A DNA stretch of 43,552 nucleotides from a virus (taxonomy: Duplodnaviria > Caudoviricetes), in the IMG/VR virus record IMGVR_UViG_3300012971_000031, positions 1-43,552 of that record; one strand, written 5' to 3'. The notes under the pieces are model-generated. The model was not told the origin of the DNA and made no database searches. It was given only the letters and a program-made list of their open reading frames with translations. Made by a program: the position numbers and the translations under genes. How positions within the stretch are numbered: position 1 is the first letter of the stretch; every line of letters starts with the position of its first letter. Shown piece by piece: positions 37,148-43,552 of this stretch.

Positions 37148-38604
37148 GCACAACCAGTACATCTCCGCCTCCTCCGCCAAGTCCCCCAGCGCCGCCGCCT
37201 CCAGTCCAGTCAGCTAACGTACAAATCTGGTACAGCGGTGGCATCTCTAACGCCTTTCAGGGATCCTCAATAGGAGGAGCTATCTCGCAGGTAACACAGG
37301 GAAAGATAACCTCTAACATCTCCTCAAACCTTTATCCGTCCGTAACAGTTGCGCAAGCTTCTGCGGGTATCGCACATCAATACAGATGCTTCTACGTTTT
37401 CAACGACCCCACTGGGATAGTCATACGAAACGCCTACATCTGGTTTGAGCAGCTAAACCCAGACCCCGATGTTTCTTTCAGGATGGGTTTAGATCCTGCT
37501 GGTAGGAACGGGACGCCAGCAACTATAGCTAACGACGCAACAGCACCGGCAGGCGTTACCTTTACGCAGCCGGTCTCCAATTTCAGCGCTCTGTATATGG
37601 GCCGACTAAACGCAGGCGACAGTTTCCCTGTCTGGTTGGATAGAACGGTCAACGCTGCAGCTGCCGTCTACCAAGGAGACGGCCCAACGATAAGAGTGGA
37701 GGGCGGATCGCAACCAGCGCCTCAGAGCGTGCCAGACTTCGAGATAGCTACAGCTGGTAACTTTAGTTGCTCCTCGGTGGTAGCTTCTCAAAATATTTCT
37801 AATATAGCTGCGAGGGTGACAGATGTACCGCCACTTCAAAGATTCTTACCTCTGGGCGACTTGGGTAACAACCCAAGCGCCTCATGCTGGTTCAGTATGA
37901 CCTCTGGTCTTGATACCTTGACTAACATAGTCATAGGCGATCTTGAAATATACACAACGGTCTTGAATAGTTCACAGCCAGCTTTACTAAACTCGTATCT
38001 CAACCACTATGGTACAAGCCAGCCCTACTACTCCTTTAACTACGGCCCTATTCACTTTCTTGTTTTAAACACCGAGATTCTTTATACTAACCCATCCCCA
38101 GAGTATAACTTCGCGGCCGCTGACCTAGCCGCAGCGGCTACGAACGCTAACGTCTTTTGGACTATCGTAGCTTTTCACCAACCTTTTTACACCGTGGGCG
38201 GGACTGGTCCTGTCGGCACTTTTGTACCCGCTTCGTTCAGAGACGCGTTTCACCCACTCTTTGACACAAACAAAGTCGACCTCGTCTTAACTGCTCACCC
38301 TTATTCCTATCAGCGTACAAAGTCCATCATTTGGAACGGCGCCACTCCTACGATAGCCCAGAGCGGGCCAGCATACACGAACCCAACTGGTCGAATATTC
38401 TGTAACGTTGGTACAGGTGGTCAGCAGCTAGACTCTGGAGCAGCTGCGAGCTTTGCTTCAATACCGTCGTACTTTGAATATGCACAGGTCACAGACTTTG
38501 GCTACCTCCTCTTACAGTTTACAAACTCTACGACGACGCTAACTGGCACGTTTATGAACGCAGGCAACCAGGCTATGGACACGTGGAGTATCACTAAATC
38601 GTAG
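37144..38604 (+). CDS. Virion protein with a C-terminal degenerate purple-acid-phosphatase-like domain
   Basis: N-domain SIGGAIS..YRCFYV..VWLDRTV; C-domain LGDLG, YYSFNYGPIHFLVLNTE, AFHQPFY, VDLVLTAH.YSYQR, VGTGG. Confidence 0.78.
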   Translation: MSTTSTSPPPPPSPPAPPPPVQSANVQIWYSGGISNAFQGSSIGGAISQVTQGKITSNISSNLYPSVTVAQASAGIAHQYRCFYVFNDPTGIVIRNAYIWFEQLNPDPDVSFRMGLDPAGRNGTPATIANDATAPAGVTFTQPVSNFSALYMGRLNAGDSFPVWLDRTVNAAAAVYQGDGPTIRVEGGSQPAPQSVPDFEIATAGNFSCSSVVASQNISNIAARVTDVPPLQRFLPLGDLGNNPSASCWFSMTSGLDTLTNIVIGDLEIYTTVLNSSQPALLNSYLNHYGTSQPYYSFNYGPIHFLVLNTEILYTNPSPEYNFAAADLAAAATNANVFWTIVAFHQPFYTVGGTGPVGTFVPASFRDAFHPLFDTNKVDLVLTAHPYSYQRTKSIIWNGATPTIAQSGPAYTNPTGRIFCNVGTGGQQLDSGAAASFASIPSYFEYAQVTDFGYLLLQFTNSTTTLTGTFMNAGNQAMDTWSITKS

Positions 38605-38636
38605 TTCTTACCAACGGTCTAGCGTAAGCGCTCGTT

Positions 38637-39794
38637 ATGTCTGTACAGACTAACGTTAAACCTCGTATTCAGACGCGTGAAACTAATACAGCAGGCGACA
38701 CGGTGCCCGACGACCAGTGGCAAATACTTTGTGACACTGGGGCTATCTCGGAAAGTCAAGCGCCGCCTCCTCCTGAGCCTACTCCAACTCCTACGCCTAC
38801 GCCGCCAGCTCCAAGCGGCTCAAACGTCGACCAATTCGGAGTAACTAAGCTATACGCGGATGGACCTGGGCCGTCGCGGTTTATGGACATGAATGATCCC
38901 GCAAAGACGCCAGGCTCAGAGCCAGGATCAAACCCAGAGGGCAACTCGTCTTATTATCCAAAGTTCGTAAAGAACTCCGACGGTAGCTGGCAAAACACCA
39001 ACGGCAAAGAAGTAAGGTGGGCATGGTGTGCCGATCCAAAAGGGTACCCTGGTGATAGTAATATCTGTAAGTGTTATGACACCGATAACAAGACTGGCTA
39101 CATGACAAACTCTACTACCTCATGGCCACCGCGCGTAGAGATGACTGGCTTTTATAGAGCTGACTCGGTTGGCACTGGAACGTCCAATGGGGAATGCCAC
39201 ATCGAGCACGTCATCTCAGGCCATAGGAGTACCACCAGTAACACGAGTAGCGGTCCAGGTGGTTGTCAGCTAGGTTGTGCTGGGTCATACCATTGTAACA
39301 AGTATCCCTTGACTGGCAGGGTTAAGTTTGAGAAGGACTACAAACATTCGGCAAGCTACGGTAAGGACATAAGCGGGACAAATAACACGACAGCTACAGC
39401 TGTCTGGAAGAACGATGGAAAGTTCCACGGTTTCAAGGACATCTTTTACATCATGGCTGACGGGAAGACCGTTCAACTAGAGCAATGGGTTGACTGGGAC
39501 TGTACCAACAACTGGAAGAAGGTTCACAGCATACAAGACGATGGTACAAAGTGGGTTCCAAAGACGAGCTTCTCAGGTTGTGGGGGCGGCTCGCAAACTA
39601 TCGCCTTCTTGTTTAACGGCCCGCTCGTAGTTTTCCGCGCGGACAATTGGGTCAAGTACAGCCTTAAGAACTGCTCAGTTCGTTCAATAGATCCAACAAA
39701 GCCGCTCCATCACAGAGTCGAACACGCAAGAACTTTTGAGCCCGAAGAGTACGAGAACGAAGACGACGAGATATACCAAGCTGACGAAGAGTAA
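38637..39794 (+). CDS. Tagged virion protein with a DQFG/DKFG beta-sandwich domain
   Basis: N-terminal tag shared with ORF 1370; DQFGVTKLY..KNSDGSW..GYM..VEMTGF..GPLVVFR..SVRSI. Confidence 0.72.
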   Translation: MSVQTNVKPRIQTRETNTAGDTVPDDQWQILCDTGAISESQAPPPPEPTPTPTPTPPAPSGSNVDQFGVTKLYADGPGPSRFMDMNDPAKTPGSEPGSNPEGNSSYYPKFVKNSDGSWQNTNGKEVRWAWCADPKGYPGDSNICKCYDTDNKTGYMTNSTTSWPPRVEMTGFYRADSVGTGTSNGECHIEHVISGHRSTTSNTSSGPGGCQLGCAGSYHCNKYPLTGRVKFEKDYKHSASYGKDISGTNNTTATAVWKNDGKFHGFKDIFYIMADGKTVQLEQWVDWDCTNNWKKVHSIQDDGTKWVPKTSFSGCGGGSQTIAFLFNGPLVVFRADNWVKYSLKNCSVRSIDPTKPLHHRVEHARTFEPEEYENEDDEIYQADEE

Positions 39795-39802
39795 GCTAGT
39801 AA

Positions 39803-42800
39803 GTGTCGTTTCCGTCCAGCTACAACTCGATACAGTTTACGAGAACGCTAAATAACTATATCGACTGTACAACTAACGCGATCCTTGCGGTGGGTGAGAC
39901 AGCCGGCTCACAGATGTCTTACTCCGCTTGGATCAATATACCCTCAAACCCAGCGGCGTCCATCGGCATTTGTAGCAAGTCAAGCGCAGCGGGAACCGGC
40001 GTCCTACCATGGGTAGACACTTCTGGCAATCTTAGATGTGACTTTATCTTTAACACTCACGCAACCGTAAACAAAAACACAAACCACAACGTCTCTGATG
40101 GCAAGTGGCATCATATAGTAGTAACAAACAATGCGACTGGAAACTCAAACATATACTGTGACGGCGTCCTCTTAACAAGCGACGCAAACGGTGACTTTCT
40201 CAAGAGTAGCGCAACCTTTTCGTTTCGTATAGGTCATACGTACCAAGCAAACCCGTTCAACGGCTCTATTGCCGACTGTCGTGTCTTTGGTATCGAGCTC
40301 TTACTCTCAGAAGTTCAAAACCTTCTCAATGGCATAGAAGTGTCAAGGGGTCTGGTATGTAGATGGCCTTTCAGAGAGGGAGGCGGCACCACTACGACCG
40401 ATACATGCAACGGTGTAGTCGGCACGATAAACAACGGCCCAACATGGGCCCCCAACGTTCCAATATTGCCGTCTGTTTACGTCCCTCCAGCAACGCAGCC
40501 GCCTACAGCCTCACAAACAGGCCCGCGTAACCAATATTATTGCTGGGTCACAACCTGGAATACGCCGCCCAACTCTGGAACGGTAGACGTCCAGGCTTAC
40601 ATCTCTCACGAAATACTAGAGCTAATGACTGATCCAGACGCAAACACGAACGCCAGCGGTTGGATCTCTTCCGTCTTTTGTCCTACTGGCGCAGCTGCTT
40701 GCGAGTTAGCCGACCAGTGTGAGAAGACAACCGGGGTTGGCAACTATACGAGTTTGGTCAACGGAATAAACTGTTGGTCTACCAGCTACTACTCAAACAA
40801 GGGAGGAGGTTGCGTGATACCGGAGATCGTTTCGTCAACGGCTAGTGGCAATCAAAACTTTACCTGGGGAGGCGGTCAGCTTATCGCCAGTCCTACTATA
40901 TGCGTTATTTTCTCCGGCTCAGGCTGGTCTCTCACCAATACAGCTAGTCCCGCTCAGGGCTCAGCTGACGACATAAAAAGAGGGATTCAAACCCTGATAC
41001 TAAACACTTCGTTCTATGACGGACTACGCGAGTACAACGTCGCCAAGCCGACCTTTCAGTACGCAGCTATTAACAGCACAACTGTAGTACCAAATCCGTT
41101 TTACGAACAGCATATCCAGCAGGTGATAAAAGACTGCATAACCGCAGGCACGGTCCCAAACCCTGCAGCACTATCAGACACCCTTATTTTTGTCGTAGTG
41201 GTAAACGCCACGCCTCACTACTTCAACAATAGTGTGATAGGAAATCATAGCGTCTTTCAGTTCACACCGCCTCCTCCAACCAACACTCCAACCGCAAACG
41301 CTCCTGGCTCTGGTCAGTCAGGAGTAGGACCGACCTCCCCATCACTACAGGGCGACCAGTGGGACATAACTATGATTTATCCTTCCAAGACCACGGGCAA
41401 CTTTTCAAGTGCCTGGTTCTTGCCTACAAATCCCAACTCTGATACGCGTCATGTAGTTGACTCGACCACTTTTACCGCAAATGCTGACGGATCCTACCGA
41501 AACACGCAGACAAACGTCGTCTATAATATCGCTCAGCAGAACGGGTTTAACGAGGCTGGCCTTACTCTCAACCAAGCTACTCTACTAACTCAGGGCTTTA
41601 TGCAGGACAATAAGGACTGGGACAACACGGAGATGACCCTTTACGTCAGAATAAACTCAGTCGCAAACTCTTCGCACACTGGACCGCCTTCTATTGTCAT
41701 GGCGATGCCAGGGGCTAGAGAGACTAACGACGCGACACTCTTGGCTGGCTTTCCAAAGTCCTGTGAAGCCTCCGACTATCGCATGTACATCGAGCCTGTT
41801 AGTGGCATAATCAAGTTTCAAAAAGATTTGCAGTTCACCGCAGGCATTACGGCTAACGCCTCGAACCCGACAGCTACCTCACCGACAGTAGGGTTGACCA
41901 AATGGTCCAACCAATTCACTGGACTAAAGTTCATAACCTACGAGATGAGTGACGGCGTCTCGGTAGCCCTAGAGCTGTGGATGGACTATAACGGAAACAA
42001 TATCTGGACCCAGGTTCTCAGATTCGTCGACGTCGTAAACAGTACGTGGTCGATACCGACCAACGCCTGCGGCGGTACCACTAACCAGACCATCCCGTGG
42101 GGCGGTCCTCTTGTCAAGTTCATCTGGAACAACATCAGCAGCATAGACATAAAGTGGGCCTCAGTACGCGAGATTGACGTCTACGCACTTAACCCCAAGC
42201 TGCTAGTGCCTCCAGCTGTCAGCCAACCAACACAACCACCAACGACAAGCCCTGCTAACAACTTGCCGGCTAACCCAGCTCCCCCAAATCAAGCGCCCCC
42301 AGCCAACCCGCAAACTGGCAACCTCGACAAGTTCGGTGTTAAAATGCTGTTTCCTTCGTTGAGTGGCGGCCAATCTTGGTATCTGTCAAATAGGGGACTC
42401 AAGGGCGACAGCAGAGTTATCGGTATCCCCAATTCGGTAAAGGAGTACGTCAACGGTGACGGAAGCTTCCACATGACAGGTACTAGCGCTCTCTTCTATG
42501 TTACGACCCTGGCAGGCTACAACTATCAGAGCGCTGGAGGACTTTCGCTAAACCATGCACTGTGCAGAGTAAGACAGTATATGCAGTCGCCAAGGGACTG
42601 GAAAAACGTCGAGGTCACCATATACCATATGATAGACATGTTTGACCCAGTCCAGTACTCCCCAAGAACGAAAACCTACGATCTTGGTATCAAGTGCAGG
42701 ACCGGCTCACACAGCAGAGTTAGGGACTGCCAGGGCTGCGCATATGAGATACAGGCGCAGCTTTTTCCGGGAGCTGAAAAGTTTTTCCATAGAAAGGAGC

Positions 42801-43552
42801 ACTGGCATGACTGTCATGCAGACACCGATAGGCAAGGAATAACGTTCTCGTTTTCTTCTGTCATGAGAAGGATGGTAGGCCAGAAGTTTGTAGCCTTCAA
42901 TATCGTAGATCAAAGTACGGGCCGCGTGACCGCAGTCCGGTTGCAACACTGGTGGAACGATAACGGCGACGGGGTCACTTGGACAAAGGTAAACGAGACT
43001 GTCGACAACGGCAACTGGGGCATGCTAGACGGGCAATGCGGCGGCAACAGAGACGAGATAATAATCTGGGGTGGTCCCCTGATCGGTTTCTTCTGGAACG
43101 ATTTTACAGGAGTATGCTACAAGTGGATGAGCATAAGAGAGATAGACACCACCGGTAATACAGGCGGTACAGTCTGCCCTAACCCGCCAGGAGGTCCTCC
43201 GTCAACATCTCCGCCAGCTGGTCCTCCTCCTCAACCAGCAAAGATAGCGCCGTTGATAGGACCCAACGTTTACAACGTTTTCAAGTTTCCCTACAATATA
43301 CAGTTAGACGATAGCGGCGGCTGTCCTGGCCTAGACCCACTCGCTCACCTAGGCGAAACTGAGCTAGGCGCCGCGGTGCCAGGCACGGGCAACTTTGCCA
43401 GCCTTGGAACGGTAAGCGGTAGTCAGGCATTCGTAGCCGGTCAGCAGATCAAGAACACTTCGTCACTCTTGTACAACACTGTCATGGCTGAGATTGTCGT
43501 CAGCCTAAAGCTCGTCGGCTTGCCTTCTGACTATGCAACGCAACCAATCTAC
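39803..43552 (+). CDS. Giant multidomain adhesin (at least 1250 aa, partial): LamG + permuted HExxE domain + two DKFG domains
   Basis: GTG 39803; hand translation found no stop; SDGKWHHIVVT..FNGSIADCRVF; SHEILELMTDP; DQWDITMIYP; DKFGVKMLFP. Confidence 0.82.
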   Translation, partial: MSFPSSYNSIQFTRTLNNYIDCTTNAILAVGETAGSQMSYSAWINIPSNPAASIGICSKSSAAGTGVLPWVDTSGNLRCDFIFNTHATVNKNTNHNVSDGKWHHIVVTNNATGNSNIYCDGVLLTSDANGDFLKSSATFSFRIGHTYQANPFNGSIADCRVFGIELLLSEVQNLLNGIEVSRGLVCRWPFREGGGTTTTDTCNGVVGTINNGPTWAPNVPILPSVYVPPATQPPTASQTGPRNQYYCWVTTWNTPPNSGTVDVQAYISHEILELMTDPDANTNASGWISSVFCPTGAAACELADQCEKTTGVGNYTSLVNGINCWSTSYYSNKGGGCVIPEIVSSTASGNQNFTWGGGQLIASPTICVIFSGSGWSLTNTASPAQGSADDIKRGIQTLILNTSFYDGLREYNVAKPTFQYAAINSTTVVPNPFYEQHIQQVIKDCITAGTVPNPAALSDTLIFVVVVNATPHYFNNSVIGNHSVFQFTPPPPTNTPTANAPGSGQSGVGPTSPSLQGDQWDITMIYPSKTTGNFSSAWFLPTNPNSDTRHVVDSTTFTANADGSYRNTQTNVVYNIAQQNGFNEAGLTLNQATLLTQGFMQDNKDWDNTEMTLYVRINSVANSSHTGPPSIVMAMPGARETNDATLLAGFPKSCEASDYRMYIEPVSGIIKFQKDLQFTAGITANASNPTATSPTVGLTKWSNQFTGLKFITYEMSDGVSVALELWMDYNGNNIWTQVLRFVDVVNSTWSIPTNACGGTTNQTIPWGGPLVKFIWNNISSIDIKWASVREIDVYALNPKLLVPPAVSQPTQPPTTSPANNLPANPAPPNQAPPANPQTGNLDKFGVKMLFPSLSGGQSWYLSNRGLKGDSRVIGIPNSVKEYVNGDGSFHMTGTSALFYVTTLAGYNYQSAGGLSLNHALCRVRQYMQSPRDWKNVEVTIYHMIDMFDPVQYSPRTKTYDLGIKCRTGSHSRVRDCQGCAYEIQAQLFPGAEKFFHRKEHWHDCHADTDRQGITFSFSSVMRRMVGQKFVAFNIVDQSTGRVTAVRLQHWWNDNGDGVTWTKVNETVDNGNWGMLDGQCGGNRDEIIIWGGPLIGFFWNDFTGVCYKWMSIREIDTTGNTGGTVCPNPPGGPPSTSPPAGPPPQPAKIAPLIGPNVYNVFKFPYNIQLDDSGGCPGLDPLAHLGETELGAAVPGTGNFASLGTVSGSQAFVAGQQIKNTSSLLYNTVMAEIVVSLKLVGLPSDYATQPIY

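Noticed and set aside
37144-38604. Active phosphatase AMG
   Set aside because: Most metal-ligand motifs are substituted and the domain is fused to a virion domain
39795-43552. Apparent 3.7-kb non-coding region in the ORF track
   Set aside because: It is one ORF from GTG 39803 with no stop inside the window
34954-43552. Diversity-generating retroelement targeting adhesins
   Set aside because: No reverse transcriptase and no near-identical repeat pair with adenine-specific mismatches seen; domain repeats are diverged at protein level

Overview
This window is most of the virion-morphogenesis region of a tailed HK97-fold archaeal virus or provirus. No sheath gene is visible, so it is probably siphovirus-like. 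The host is inferred to be a soil ammonia-oxidising archaeon (Nitrososphaerales-like), based on the AOA-type multicopper oxidase, the AOA-type 'DKFG' and metallophosphoesterase domains, TATA-like promoters and many GTG/TTG starts. Gene order: HNH, zinc-finger genes and a secreted-protein/MCO cassette (1-7.9 kb); portal; a 6.5-kb appendage module; MuF; a free-standing HNH; protease/scaffold; decoration protein; major capsid protein; neck genes; a 3.8-kb opposite-strand island of micro-ORFs with an RHH regulator, an HNH/NUMOD3 protein and a glycosyltransferase; tail tube; frameshifted chaperones; a gp10-like gene; tape measure; hub; and several adhesins, ending in an ORF of at least 1,250 codons that runs off the window. 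No terminase, integrase or replication gene is visible. Most notable: (i) a shared 28-aa N-terminal tag on two unrelated cargo proteins 37 kb apart; (ii) a circularly permuted HExxE domain; (iii) a TAGTTC element 35-47 nt before structural-gene starts, which also points to a nested scaffold gene and a non-canonical MuF start; (iv) an (R/K)-S-A-A motif shared by four head proteins; (v) a probable pseudo-phosphatase adhesin; (vi) an operon with twin palindromes and a poly-Asn leader ORF. All family calls are by-eye motif recognition; no database search was run.
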